Notes under the pieces: generated by a model
Databases searched by the model: none
Seen by the model: the letters and a program-made list of their open reading frames with translations, nothing else
What the model was told of the DNA's origin: nothing
Program-made: the position numbers and the translations under genes
Shown: positions 27,648-41,678 of the stretch, piece by piece
How positions within the stretch are numbered: the first letter of the stretch is position 1
How the letters are laid out: the number at the start of each line of letters is the position of its first letter
DNA from: Octopus vulgaris
Taxonomy: Eukaryota
Direction of reading: 5' to 3'
Assembly (NCBI GenBank): GCA_951406725.2
Contig: OX597834.1
Location: 124,001 to 188,000, forward strand
Length of the DNA stretch: 64,000 bases

Positions 27648-28401
27648 AAAAGAAGTTTGAAAACGCCACTATATAAGATAAATTTTAATTTTCTTAGAAA
27701 TTTTACATGTTTTGGTTCTTCTTGAAAAAACGAACCTTATCAAAAACATTTTTAAAAGTTAAGTGTAACAAAAAGGTTCATAGGCGCAGGAGTGGCTGTG
27801 TGGTAAGTAGCTTGCTTACCAACCACATGGTTCCGGGTTCAGTCCCACTGCGTGGCATCTTGGGCATGTATCTTCTGCTATAGCCCCGGACCGACCAATG
27901 CCTTGTGAGTGGATTTGGTAGATGGAAACTGAAAGAAGCCTGTCGTATATATGTATATATATATATGTATGTGTGTGTGTGTTTGTGTGTCTGTGTTTGT
28001 CCCCCTAGCATTGCTTGACAACCGATGCTGGTGTGTTTACGTCCCCGTCACTTAGCGGTTCGGCAAAAGAGACCGATAGAATAAGTAATGGGGTTACAAA
28101 GAATAAGTCCCGGGGTCGATTTGCTCGACTAAAGGTGGTGCTCCAGCATGGCCGCAGTCAAATGACTGAAACAAGTAAAAGAGTAAAAGAGTAAAGAGAG
28201 TAATTGTTTCTTACTAGTCTCAACAGAGTCGACGTGGTGGTTTTTTGAGACGAGTAAGAAAGAATTATGAACTTTTTTGTTACACTTAACTTTAAAAAAA
28301 TTTTTTGATATGGTTTGTTTTATTCAAGAATAACCGAAATACGTAAAATTTCTAAGAAAATTAAAATTTATCTTATATAGTGGTGTTTTCAAGCTTCTTT
28401 T
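27648..28401. mobile_element. Palindromic fold-back/MITE interrupted by a SINE in its left arm
   Basis: 27648-27782 pairs with 28266-28401. Pairing continues within 28201-28267 around a ~20-nt loop. Confidence 0.8.
27783..28200 (+). mobile_element. Full-length tRNA-derived SINE (CORE-like ttgggca..gt segment)
   Basis: A-box tggctgtgtggt, B-box ggttcagtccc, internal (TA)/(TG) tract, (GTAAAAGA)n tail. Near-identical copy at 49254-49665. Confidence 0.9.
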
Positions 28402-28967
28402 ATATATATATGTATGTATGTACGTATATAAATATGTGTGTGTGTGTGTGTGTTATACATAGAGAGAAACATAAAGATGGCGAGAGAGAGTGTGAGCAAT
28501 AAAAAAGAACAATGAAAGATTGTGAAACGAAGCAATATTGCATCAGTTGGATTAGTTTCAATTTAGGAAATGAAAGCTATTTTGCAGTGGATATGTTTTG
28601 AATATTTGCATTGAAAATTTTGAAATTCTTAAAAAGAGAAATATTCTGCAAAATGTCCAATTAAGTATTAATTGTAACTGGTTTATTTAAATTTAGAAAT
28701 AATTACTAATAAACATTGAAAAGGAATAATCATTAATTAATTACCAATTAACTCAGCAGAAACAGCTGAAATAGTTCTTATTAGATTAGCTGTGTATTCC
28801 ATGTGAAAATTTCTAGTTGAAATCTTTAACTTAATGTATCAAGTGTCAAATATATATCTTTCATTGTGAAAATTTGATTTCTTTTAAAGAACGTCTTTTA
28901 CAATGGAATATATATTTTTAAAAGCAGAAATTATTGATAAATTTATAGCTCATTGTCCTACAAGCAC

Positions 28968-29014
<47 letters not shown>

Positions 29015-29114
29015 GCATATGCATATATATATATATAGATATACACATACATATATACACACACATATATATATATATACAGATATATATAGATATATAT
29101 ATATACAGATATAT

Positions 29115-29159
<45 letters not shown>

Positions 29160-29162
29160 TAT

Positions 29163-29195
<33 letters not shown>

Positions 29196-29204
29196 CAGAT
29201 ATAT

Positions 29205-29248
<44 letters not shown>

Positions 29249-29253
<5 letters not shown>

Positions 29254-30947
29254 TGCAGCGTGGGAGGTGTTTATAAGCCATTTAAGAAACACACAAAAGC
29301 CGTTCGATTCACTCCAACATTTAAGTTTAATTTGTCAAAATATTTTCTTCGCTAAAATCCGCGACCTGTTCACTGACAAAGTCCGTGCTGCATCTAAGAA
29401 AGTAACAGTTAGTTCGTCATATATATGTATGTACGTATGTATGTGTGTATGTATGCATACATGTGTGTATGTATGTACGTATTCATGTCCGCACATACGC
29501 CTGTGTATGCATGTATGTATGTATGTATGTATATATGTATGTGTGTGTATAAGCACGCACATACACTCTATAAAACATAAAGTTATAAACCTGTAGCGAT
29601 GGATGGATGTAGAGTGACCACTCATCACAACGCTATCAAATTTCAACTCCCTACGGCCGAGGCTAGAAAGTGAATTTATGACGCTTGCTCACAAGAACTA
29701 TACCCTAAAATCTATTATCAGATTTTTATCTCTATATCACAGAACTAATGTTTTACTATTGTTCGTATGTATGTATGTATGTGCGTATGTATGTATGTAT
29801 GTATGTATGTATGTATGTATGTATGTATGTACATACGTACGCATGTGCGTATGTATGTATACGCGCCCGTATGCATGTGCCCATGTATGTGTGTGTGTAC
29901 ATGTACGTGCGTATGTACGTGTGTATGCCCATACGTAGGTATGTATGTATGTTTGTATTCATGTGCTACGTATGTATGTGAGTGTCTAGGAGAATGGGCA
30001 GATGTGTCCGTGAGAGTGTGTACATGTGTATGTGTATGTGAACGTATGTCCGTGTACACGGACATACGTTCACATACACATACACATGTCCGTGTACACG
30101 GACATACGTTCACATACACATACACATGTCCGTGTACACGGACATACGTTCACATACACATACACATGTACACACTCTCACGGACACATCTGCCCATTCT
30201 CCTAGACACTCACATACATACGTAGCACATGAATACAAACATACATACATACCTACGTATGGGCATACACACGTACATACGCACGTACATGTACACACAC
30301 ACATACATGGGCACATGCATACGGGCGCGTATACATACATACGCACATGCGTACGTATGTACATACATACATACATACATACATACATACATACATACAT
30401 ACATACATACGCACATACATACATACATACTACGAACAATAGTAAAACATTAGTTCTGTGATATAGAGATAAAAATCTGATAATAGATTTTAGGGTATAG
30501 TTCTTGTGAGCAAGCGTCATAAATTCACTTTCTAGCCTCGGCCGTAGGGAGTTGAAATTTGATAGCGTTGTGATGAGTGGTCACTCTACATCCATCCATC
30601 GCTACAGGTTTATAACTTTATGTTTTATAGAGTGTATGTGCGTGCTTATACACACACATACACATACATATATACATACATACATACATACACAGGCGTA
30701 TGTGCGGACATGAATACGTACATACATACACACATGTATGCATACATACACACATACATACGTACATACATATATATGACGAACTAACTGTTACTTTCTT
30801 AGATGCAGCACGGACTTTGTCAGTGAACAGGTCGCGGATTTTAGCGAAGAAAATATTTTGACAAATTAAACTTAAATGTTGGAGTGAATCGAACGGCTTT
30901 TGTGTGTTTCTTAAATGGCTTATAAACACCTCCCACGCTGCAATTGT
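29249..30947. repeat. ~1.7 kb near-perfect palindrome (arms 29249-30055 / 30136-30947) with a 40-bp unit x3 at the centre
   Basis: Mirror ORFs on opposite strands: 29267+ / 30618- and 29678+ / 30110-. Centre unit cgtgtacacggacatacgttcacatacacatacacatgtc. Confidence 0.95.
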
Positions 30948-31003
30948 TTTCGTTTCAGCACACGATCTCAGATCAAATTACTTGCTATGCGAGTACATCT
31001 CCG

Positions 31004-31054
<51 letters not shown>

Positions 31055-31059
31055 TATAT

Positions 31060-31092
<33 letters not shown>

Positions 31093-31149
31093 CACACATA
31101 TATACATATATACATACATATATACATACACATATATATATATGTATAC

Positions 31150-31242
<93 letters not shown>

Positions 31243-31305
31243 CACATATATACATATATATATATACATATATACATACATATATATATATACATATATA
31301 CATAC

Positions 31306-31336
<31 letters not shown>

Positions 31337-32040
31337 CATATATACATACATATATATATATATATACATATATACATACATATATATATATATACATATA
31401 TACATACATATATATATACATATATACATACATATATATATATATATACATACATACACACATATATATATACATACACACACGCACACACATATATATA
31501 TATAAGGTACATATACAGTGATAGATAGATAGAGAGAGAGAGAGAGAAAGTGAGAGTTATATATATATATTTAAAGAAAGAAAAAGTCTCTTAAAGACAC
31601 ATTTTGAAAATAATTCAAAGTGATACTCCAGCAGGGCCTGAGTCATGATGGCTAAAACAAACTAAAGAATAAACAAAAAAATATAAACAGCATGGTAATA
31701 TATACATCAAAATTTGGTGTAGAATTAATTATAACAATTGTTTGTAATTTACAAGCAATCAAGTTTTAAAATCAAAAGCTGACTTACCAGATAATTTGTG
31801 TATGTGTGTGTACGTATATAAATGTATAATTGCATATATATGAACCCATTCATACATAGAAACTTAAATGTAAGTGAATAGTTGAAGAGAGGAGGTGGGG
31901 AGGGGAAGTGAACAAAAAACAAAAACAAAGAAAAAACAAAAGTTTACAGTGAAGTTGGATGTAATTGGGGAAAATTTTACTTGAGAGGATTTGGAGCTAA
32001 AACTTGAAGCAAGAGTCTTAAAGAATGTTACACTGGTCTA

Positions 32041-32250
32041 TCACATGATATAGAGACACTCCACATGTTATATAGACACTTTACATTATATACAGATACA
32101 TTACATGATATATAAGCATACCACATGGTATATAGACACATTACATGGTACACAGACACTCTGCATGGTATATAGACACTTGACGTGGTATATAGATACT
32201 CCACATAATAGAGAGACACACCAAATGGTATATAGGCACACATGATATTC
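32041..32250. repeat. Degenerate 20-bp minisatellite, ~10 copies (ccacatggtatatagacact)
   Basis: 20-nt periodicity visible directly. Confidence 0.85.
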
Positions 32251-34954
32251 AGATATACCACAGGATTTACAAAACTATAATAAGAGATAATATATGAAAC
32301 ACAAACTCAAAGAATGTGATAAATGCCTACCACATGAGATATGAATATATCATACGCCAAATAGATATGGCTCACATATAATATGAATCATAACTACACC
32401 ATGTAAAACAAATATATTTATCACATAAGACATATTTATCACACAAAACCTATATTCATCACATAAAATATATTTATCACTGAGAAAATATCACAGCCCG
32501 GGAAGTGGAAATGATTTTGAGGGAAAAACAAAAATGACAAAAATCTCAGAATTTTAGTCATCTAACTTTGTAATCATGCTATAAAATAGTGAAAGTGTTA
32601 GTCTCTAATAAATCTATTCTCAACTGGGATGCTTTATAGGAAAATTACATCAAATTCCATGAGTGATATAGGAGCAGAGCTTACGTTTGGTTTCTGTCAC
32701 TTGAATCATTTGAGAGGTAAATCTCCTCCTGGATACATTAGTCTAACCCTGACCTGGTGAACTTACATCCTTTTGGAAGAAGTCTGGGTTTTACATGAGA
32801 AAATACATTTCAGCTGATTCTATAATATTAATTGCAATGTTGTTAAATTGTCTGCTAAATGTCCATAAAAATTAGCCACTGAAGACTTCCTTTATATGGC
32901 TAACAAGAGATGGACATCTAGAAGACCACCTGAACACATAGATGGCTAGGTTGCTCTATATACAAATGTTGTCCCAGAGAAAAATGTTTTCACCAAAATT
33001 ATTAAAAGGTCAGTTTATGTTTGCTTTTTTTACTTATTATAATAAATGAGAAATTTATAATTACATTTTCACAATAAATGTAATTACTTTTTCTATAATT
33101 TTAAAATAGAATTTTTTAAAGATTTCTTTTCTAAGACTTAACCCAAAGTGGCTTTCAAGTAAGTTCCCTATGTTTTCCTCAGTCACAATGAACTTTTCTA
33201 GCAAACCAACTAGACTCTTGTCAGTTCTATGGTAGAGTGCTTCCCACCTCACAGCAGCAAGTAAAAGTATTGAGGTGGTGACTGTGAGGAGACCTTCCTG
33301 ATGACAAACAATAAAATGTCAACCTTTTTAGTAAGACGAATCAGACTCAGAAGAGCAACAAAGACTTTCAAGTGGTGCTTAGTAGCAGGTTTTTCAATGC
33401 TGATTTCAAATTCCATGTTGCTTTTCTATGCCCACCACCAACAGCAAGGTTGATGAACTAAAACACCCAGCACATACTTGGGTCAATGTAATGAACAACA
33501 GGTGTTCTCTAAGGTTCTTCAAGCAAGAAACTGTGGCTGAAGATCCTGAAAATAACTTCTTAATGATTTAAGGGCAAATATGATCCACAGCAGTCCTCTA
33601 TAGAGCAGTGACCCTACTACTACAGGTAGTGTTATCTTTGAAAGACAGTTATAAAGCAATGTCTCACAATTCCTATAATTAAAGGGGTTTGTGGCACATC
33701 CAATCTTGGGCCCAATACAAGAGTTAACTTGACCAAGCAACATTTCATTAGAATTACATGTTTTTTTCTTATTTCAGCAATATTCACAACGATAAGAAAA
33801 AGACCATTTAATAAATATGATAATTTTAATGAATTAACCAATTAATAGTCTATAAAATAATTTCATCAAACATGAGAGTATTGGTTAATTTCAGTCTTAA
33901 AATTAATTCCAACCTTAATAAACCTTTCAACATCAACCTGTCCTTGTTCTTACAATACAAAACCGTTCATTTTTAAGTGTTCATATTTTAATCAAAACTT
34001 TCCAACATAATTTTCTCCAAGAACCTTTCATCATGTTATATTCCAAACACCAGATTCATAATGGCTAAGAGATTTCGTCAAATTCTGCGAAATTCTTGAT
34101 TATTTTGCAAACTAATCAAAAATCAAACGCTACGTTTCACAAGAAATATGACCTGGAAAGACTAATTTAATTTCACTTTTGAACATCATTTACTTAGATA
34201 TAATTGAACTTAAGTAAATTATTAATTATAATCTGTTCAGTAACTATAACTGTCATTCATAAACTCCAGCCGACTTGTAGAGCAACCGACTCTCATGCAG
34301 TAAACTTGTTCTCTGCTTCCGAATGAGGACGAATCCAAGAACAACAGATTTCACAGTTAACAGAAACAATAGCCAGAGCTTTCATTCAAATAACTCAGTC
34401 CTTCAAACTGTATGTTAACAGTCTTTTAAAACTGAAAGAATGTCTTAAATAAGTATTGTATACTGTAAACTTACAGAGAAGAAAGAAATGTCAATATTAA
34501 AAGTGAGAACCTCAAGTCTCACCTGATATTTCTAATAGGGTTCTTAGTATCCACGTGCTATTTTAGAATCATAAACTATAAAACTCTCAAATTAAGACAA
34601 ACACATCAATTAATGCCAAATCTTATGTCTTTTAATTAAGGTAGGATCCTATATGTGTTAATTAAGGTTGGATTCTGAGCTTTTTAAATCAAAGTAGAAT
34701 CCTACTGTTTTTCGAATTATAACACTTCAATTAACATGAAAACGAACTGCATAAAATTATATAGAAACATACAAACATTTATATGCACATACACACAAAA
34801 ACATATATACACTAATATTAAATGTACACACAGCTACACATATGTATTCCAATATATATGTACAAACATACATACTTTATAGGGATGAATATCTTACAGG
34901 CTGCAAGTTTGTTTCATTGAACAACCATATAAATTGTGAAATGAGTTTGTAGCC

Positions 34955-36645
34955 CAATGCTTCTCGTTCGCGGTTGAGTTCTACCAGCAGTGCTCGGGAG
35001 TGGCCATGGGAACAAGAATGGGCCCCAACTATGTTGAGGCCCAAATATTCTCTAGTTTCACTGGTCCCACTCTCGAACTATATGGCCATTATATTGACGA
35101 CTGTATCGGTGCCTCCTCACTCTCCCGCGAACATCTAGACTCCTTCCTCTCTTTCGTCCAATCTTTCCATCCTGCCCTCCACTTCTCCTGCACTATCTCT
35201 GACACTTCTGTCTCCTTTCTTGACATTTCAGTCAGCATTCATCACTCCATTCTTACCACCTCCATCCACTACAAACGCACAGACTCACACTCATACCTAA
35301 ACTTCTCCTCCTCCCACCCCAAACACACCAAACTTTCCATCCCCTATTCCCAATTCCTCCGTCTACACAGGCTCTGTAGTGACGACCATGACTTTGAAAT
35401 TCAGTCTCAACTCATGGCTCGCCACTTCATCCTACGTGGATATCCCCTAACCACTATCCACACCGCCCTTGCCAGAGCACGTTCCATGGACCGTGCATCT
35501 GCTCTCTCCCTCCAAACCCGCCCTGCAGTCTCCCGCCTCCCTTTTCCCCTCACCTACCACCCCACCATCCTACCTCTCCAATGCACCAGTCTCCGAGCTT
35601 TCCGGCATCTCCAGTCTGACCCATCCACTTCACACATCTTCCCTAACCGACCCTCCCCTCCTTCAAACGAGCCCACAACCTACGAGACCTCTTGGTCCAC
35701 AGCTTCTTCCCCAACCCTACCTCCCAACCTGGCTCATTCCCCTGCCCCCGCCCATGCTGCTGCACTTGCCTTTACCTCTCCAACACCACTCTCCTCACCG
35801 GCACCCATCATCGACCCTATCGCATCATCGACTCCTTCACCTGCACCTCCAGCAATATCATCTATTGCATCTCCTGCTCTCTCTGCCATTCCCTGTACAT
35901 CAGACAAACGGGACGCCACTTGGCTGACCGGTTCTCAGAACACCTCCGAGACATCTGCTTCGGCAATGACACCCCGGTCTCATGCCATTTCCGCTCCACT
36001 GGTCACTCCTTGCAACACCTGTCTGTGTCTGGATTGTCTTTGCACAGAGGCCATCCGGACTCCCGTTTGTGCCGTGAACAGGGATTAATCTTCTCTCTTC
36101 GCTCTTTTATGCCATTTGGGCTCAACTCTCCTCCCCTCTTCATCTAACTTCCTCCCCGACTCCTACTTCTCTTCACTCCTACATCTTTTCACCCCTACTC
36201 TCTTTCTCTCTGCTCCCTCACTCTCCTCTCCCCATCCCTCCTCCTTCTTCCCACCCAACTCTCCTCTCTTGCCCTGACTCCTACTTCTCTTCACTCCTAC
36301 TTCTCTTTCCCTCTTCTTTCCTACTCTCTTTCTCTCCCCTCTTCTCTCTCATTCTCTTTCTCTCTTACTCTTTCACTCTTCCCTCCTCCTCTCTCTTCAC
36401 TTTGTTATCTCCCCTACTTTCCTTCTCCAGTGTGACCCTTCTGTCCGAGTCAGATGCCATGATAGATCGTTAGCCACTACACACATTTGTTTTCTCTCCT
36501 TCTTTTCTGTGTCCCTTTCTGTAGAAGAGCGTAGGCTCGAAACGTAAAAGACTTTTTCTATTCCTGAGCGTTATACTAATACATCTGTTTGTTTTGTACA
36601 CCACTCGTCTTTGTCTTTTGATGTTTTTCTTGTAAACTCTCCATA
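34955..36645 (+). mobile_element. 5'-truncated Penelope-like retroelement (Neptune-like): RT, Cys-rich linker, GIY-YIG, 3' pLTR; frameshifted pseudocopy
   Basis: GVAMGTRMGPNY, YIDDC, FLDISV, SSSHP..K.SIPYSQFLRL, CPRPCCCTC and NIIYCISC...YIRQTGR.L..RFSEH. Hammerhead-like GAAGAGCgtagGCTCGAAACGT at ~36511-36552. Confidence 0.93.
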
Positions 36646-38249
36646 TATATATATACTACACACACACACACACTCACACATATATATATATATAAACTAA
36701 TATAAATGTACAAACATGCAAATACTGATATACACTTATTTATTTAAATATATGCATGTATGATTTTTCTTTGAGTTTTATGTAGGTTCTCCTTGAGAGA
36801 GTTCAAGCTTGTATCTAACAAAGCTAGAAGACTTTTTGAGTTACGAGAGTTCCTAGTGTTTATAAATATGTTGAACTGGTTGAACTGTCAATGCACACAT
36901 CCAAGTGTGTGTATTCACATTTTTGGAATAGATTGGATTTGGGGAATCTGCATCAGTTTCTAATGTGTGTGTGTGTGGTTGAATGTGTGCAAATAAAACA
37001 AACTAATACATTTATGTATCAAAATTGCTGATATTAATAAAAAAGATAATAGACATTATAAGAACCAATTTTGTGAGAGGAAAGTGCAGTAGGCTTGCTG
37101 ATAGGACTGAACCACAAATCTCTAGCATTCTGGGTCACTGATGGGATTTCAACTACAAATCTACAAGTTACTGCATGAGTTACAGATTAGGTGTCCAAAT
37201 GTTTCGCAATACAACAATGTGCAAGTTTTTACTATATTTCTGGAAAATATTAGTCTGTGAGTTGGGGAGTGTTTGGAAACATTAGTGTTTAGGATGGAGA
37301 CTTTGAAAGTTCTATGGCTAGGCATGAAGACTTTGGAAAGTCCTGTCATCATGGATGGGATTTGAACTCAGAACACAAAGGATAATATTAAAGAACATTC
37401 TTATTCAAATGTCACTGACAATAATCTATATGAAATTCTGAAATTCCTTGAAGAAATTGTGTCACATCCATACCTGCTGAAAGCGAAACTGTTGTCCATT
37501 TAATCTAAGGCAAGGAGAATGAACTGGAATCTTATGATACTTGGTGCAGGGTTCAAACTCCTGAGTCTCGATCTAATTAAGGAACACAAGAAGTACAAAC
37601 GACATCCATACAATATAGTTAGAAAGTTTGCCTCCAATAAGAAACGGAAAAAGTAATCATAGTCTTGGTGTTAACAATGTCAGAGTTACAAATTTAGAGA
37701 ATTATTAAGATTATGAATAAAATCATAATAATGTTGAATTTTCATAACTATTAACAGGAAAAATAGATATCACAAGACCTGAAATGACAAAGGGGACAAA
37801 AGTAGGCAATTAGACTGACCCTTATACATGACTTGTAATTATAGTATCTACTGCAGTTGTCTAAAAGGAAAAGGTGACCTTGGTGAGAAATGAACATAAG
37901 ACCTATGGGTAGGCAAGTGAATACCACAAGGCATTTCATCCATCACTCCACTGCCAATCCACCAACAAGATTAATATATTCATTTTTCACTTAGGCACAA
38001 AGGCACAAGAGGGTTGAAGAAGGCTAGGTTGACCCCAGTATATAACTGATAGTCTATTTCATCAAGCTTGGATGGATAAAGAACAAAATTAACTTGACGA
38101 TTAACTTAGAACCTAAATAATTACAGCAAAACATTCTGTTCATCATTTTAGTAATTCTGCCAATTTACTAATAAGATTAATTAAGTAATTCAAAAGTAAT
38201 TCTTTGAAAACATGTTACATAAATAAATATCTTATTCTTCATATTGCTT

Positions 38250-38295
<46 letters not shown>

Positions 38296-41200
38296 TATAT
38301 TTATACAATGTATATCATGAATATATTATAAGTATCATATAAATGTTAAATTACATGATATAAAACTAAAGTTTGAACAGTGGAATTAGAGTTTCATTTG
38401 AATGAAATTTTTTCTAAATATTTCAATTGAAGGAAAAAATGATCAAATGTGAAAACTTTGAGAATGATTATAGAGATCAAATTGTTATAAATTGTAAAGT
38501 AATTACTAGCCTAGTTTATAAAATGAGACAAATTTTAATTAATTAATTTATTAACGAAGAGAAAAATCATTATGTTAATGATTAATTTTGATGAAGAAAG
38601 AAAAGATTGCAGTAGGAAGGATGTCCGATTTTTGGCAGTTTGGTGTTAACAGAGGACATGTTTCAATTTTATTAAATCTCATCAGTCTACTCTAACAGAT
38701 ACTGAAAAATACTCGAGGACACCAGCTACACAGAAAACATTAGTATAGTACATGCTGAAATACTTAATAGACTGAGCCAAAGATTATTAAGTAATTACAA
38801 AGCTTAATTCTAAAAATGTTCTTTGTTCTTTAATTCTTCATATCTAATAAATTGCAAGAAATTTTCTCACCAATTTATTGGTTATATGTTAAACACATTG
38901 TCTTGTAGATTAATAAATAAAAAATCTTTATTCTGAGGTAGCTTTTTAAATCAATAACATTTGAACTATGGGCAAAATCCCCTTTTTAAATTCTAAAATT
39001 ATTTGGAAAATGTTTAAAGGTTATGTCTTGAATATTTTAAAATGATTCATTATGGAAAACAGCGTGGATTCTAACTATTCATAGAATTAACAAAATAGTA
39101 ATTATGATAGAAATAATAAAATGTGCATTCATTATGTACAAAATTAATTAATCAAATTAATATGGGAAAAGACTGACATTACACTATATAGGAATAAAAT
39201 AGCAACAGGTTTATTATGAATTGAAATTTACACGAATCTAAGTTCATTATAAACAAAATATATTTCAACAGAAAATAATGTAATTAAAAAAATGGATATT
39301 AATAAAGCTGAAATTAGAAGAGATAATTAGTTGGTATAAAAATAAATTTTAAAATCATTTCTAATTTATTTTCATTTGCATAAATTTTAGATGAAGATGG
39401 GCAAAATATTTTTCACTCTAATTCTATTATTTATTTTTGTCATTTTACATAATTTAAATGAGTTCTTGGATTGAATCCTTTTTTAATTTTATAATTAATC
39501 TAAGATCTAAATAAGTGATACATAAAATGACAGTGTAAATATGTCTTAATCAATTTTAATTGAACAAATTATCAAGGAATATTATTTTAAAAATTATTAT
39601 TACTATTATTATTACTCCAATGGTTGAAAACTTTACAAACTAAATATTTAGAGTGAGAGTTTTAATGTATTTTTTGGTAAAGTGGAATAATAAAATTATA
39701 TAATTTAAATTTAAAACAAATGCAATTTTCTAACATACCTAAAACAATTAAACACCCCACCAGTTATTTATTTTGTACATTGAATTGGTAAAAGAATTAC
39801 AGGTTGTTAATTAGAGGTTTCCAATGGACTAATCATTCGCTCACTGTATTTTTAGAGGCAGTAGTAAATGAGAATGTACATAAGTTGGTGTAGAATAAAT
39901 ATTGGAAAGGACTTCATCCAAACAGCTTTTGCCAATGCTTACAGCAATGACTGACACACAATTTGTGCCTAGTTGCCATCAACCAAATTTCACACACAAG
40001 CTTTGGTCGACCTGAGGCCACTGTAAAGTGGAATTGAACTCAGATGTATGTAATTGTGAACTTCTTAGCCACTTACTCATGTCTGTATGTATTACAATAA
40101 TGTCTTTTAGAATAATATAATACAGAAACTGTGGACTCAGTTTTAATAAAAGTTGACTCATATTAAGACTTTTTGTTAGTCGACTCAAGATTTTCCCTTT
40201 ACCCAACCGCTATGTGAATTCACTGGAGTAAGTGTTAACATAGTTAATACAAAGGACATTAAACTTTTTCAAATGATCTCTTTAATTCTGTTTTCCTTTA
40301 GGAAGTACAGTACTTTCTTCCAGAATGCCCTCCTTCTCCTAAGACTGCTTCAGATTTCATGATACAAAACCTCCTGTATCAAAATGCTCCATGCATAAAT
40401 TAAAACTTTCTATCACAATTTCTTCTGTAACCCATTTATGTTCCAAACATTAGAATTATCATGAAGCTTGAGTGTTACCAATTGTTTGATGTGTAATGTT
40501 AGGAATATGCTTTTTGCCAATGATAATGTGACAATGGTACAAGAGTTATAATTCTACTTTGTTCAAATTTCATAGTACCTATACAAACTAACAAAATGAA
40601 TAATGATTTAAAAAAAATATAATATCTATTATATTAAAATAAAATTCATTCAAACAAATTTCTCATTTGTATGTTTGCAATAAATATAAGTCATCAATAA
40701 CAACAAAACTGTTTAATTATCAGTTAATCACAGATATAATATTATCCTATCTAACCCAGTGGCAAAAATATATCCTAAACATTATCTACTGTAGTTATAT
40801 TTAGTAACCATCGTAGAAAATCCAATAAGATCAGAATTATCTCCATTGGAAGATAAAAGCAGGATTAGAGATGGGGAGGGAATGCTGCCAATTAAGTTGT
40901 TTATTTTCTTAAACCCATTCAAATTCTAGATTATTTTTTAACATAACAGAAACACCTAGAGATAGTATTTCAATAGAAATATGGTCAGTCAAGTGTTAAT
41001 TAAACATTAAGCCCAGAAATAATCGTGCAGTGAGGAAACACCATAGTTAATAATTATTATCATTTGAAATGAACTGGTAAGTATGGGAGACAATCCAAAC
41101 ATGTTTCAGTGTTATTGGAACTCCTTAGCAAAACAAACTTTGCCAGGCATGTCAAAGTAGTGATGACAGAATCACTAAGTCAATATAAACTTAGAAAGTA

Positions 41201-41663
41201 GAAAATAGTCAATGAACAAACTATGTTTAGATGCTGACTCCATGTCAAAAATAAAAGTTAATGTTTAGTGTATTATCTACTGAAATAAGTACAATAGTTA
41301 TAAAAAATTAATTCAATAAAGAATATTACATCACAATTCCAAATAAGGCATAATTTCTTTTCTCCCTTATATCAAAACAGATTACTTTATATTTGCCATT
41401 TTAAATTCTCTGAAGCAAAAGAATTTTAAACAACAAATAAAATATTCTAAGTGTAAATATATATAAGCATTTTGATATTTATTGCATTATTTAAATTCTT
41501 ACTTTTTTTTATCATTTATTAAGTTATTTAAATTATCAAAAATATTTTAAATTATTCTTAAAACACAAAAAGTTATATTTCTTAATTTAAATAAAATTGC
41601 TCAGTGTAAAGAAAAAAATGGCTCAAAAGGTGTAATTAGAAATTCAGATGACCACGAGCTTAC

Positions 41664-41678
41664 CTCCACTATACTGGG
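41664..41678 (-). CDS. Candidate 15-nt in-frame microexon (PSIVE)
   Basis: gtttttcattttcaatggcaag|CCCAGTATAGTGGAG|gtaagc. Strong donor, phase 0 to 0. A competing AG lies 5 nt downstream. Confidence 0.4.

Noticed and set aside
30051-30169. CRISPR-like appearance of 40-bp repeats with an internal palindrome
   Set aside because: Head-to-tail repeats with no unique spacers, no cas genes and a eukaryotic context.
34523-34531. 9-nt microexon candidate (KYQ), with similar 9-nt hits near 32675 and 11600
   Set aside because: Weak acceptors or an in-frame stop; such matches are expected by chance in 51 kb.
35000-36147. Intact autonomous retroelement or host gene
   Set aside because: 5'-truncated, frameshifted near 35650-35700, with a deletion after GPNY and YIG changed to YIR; a dead PLE copy.
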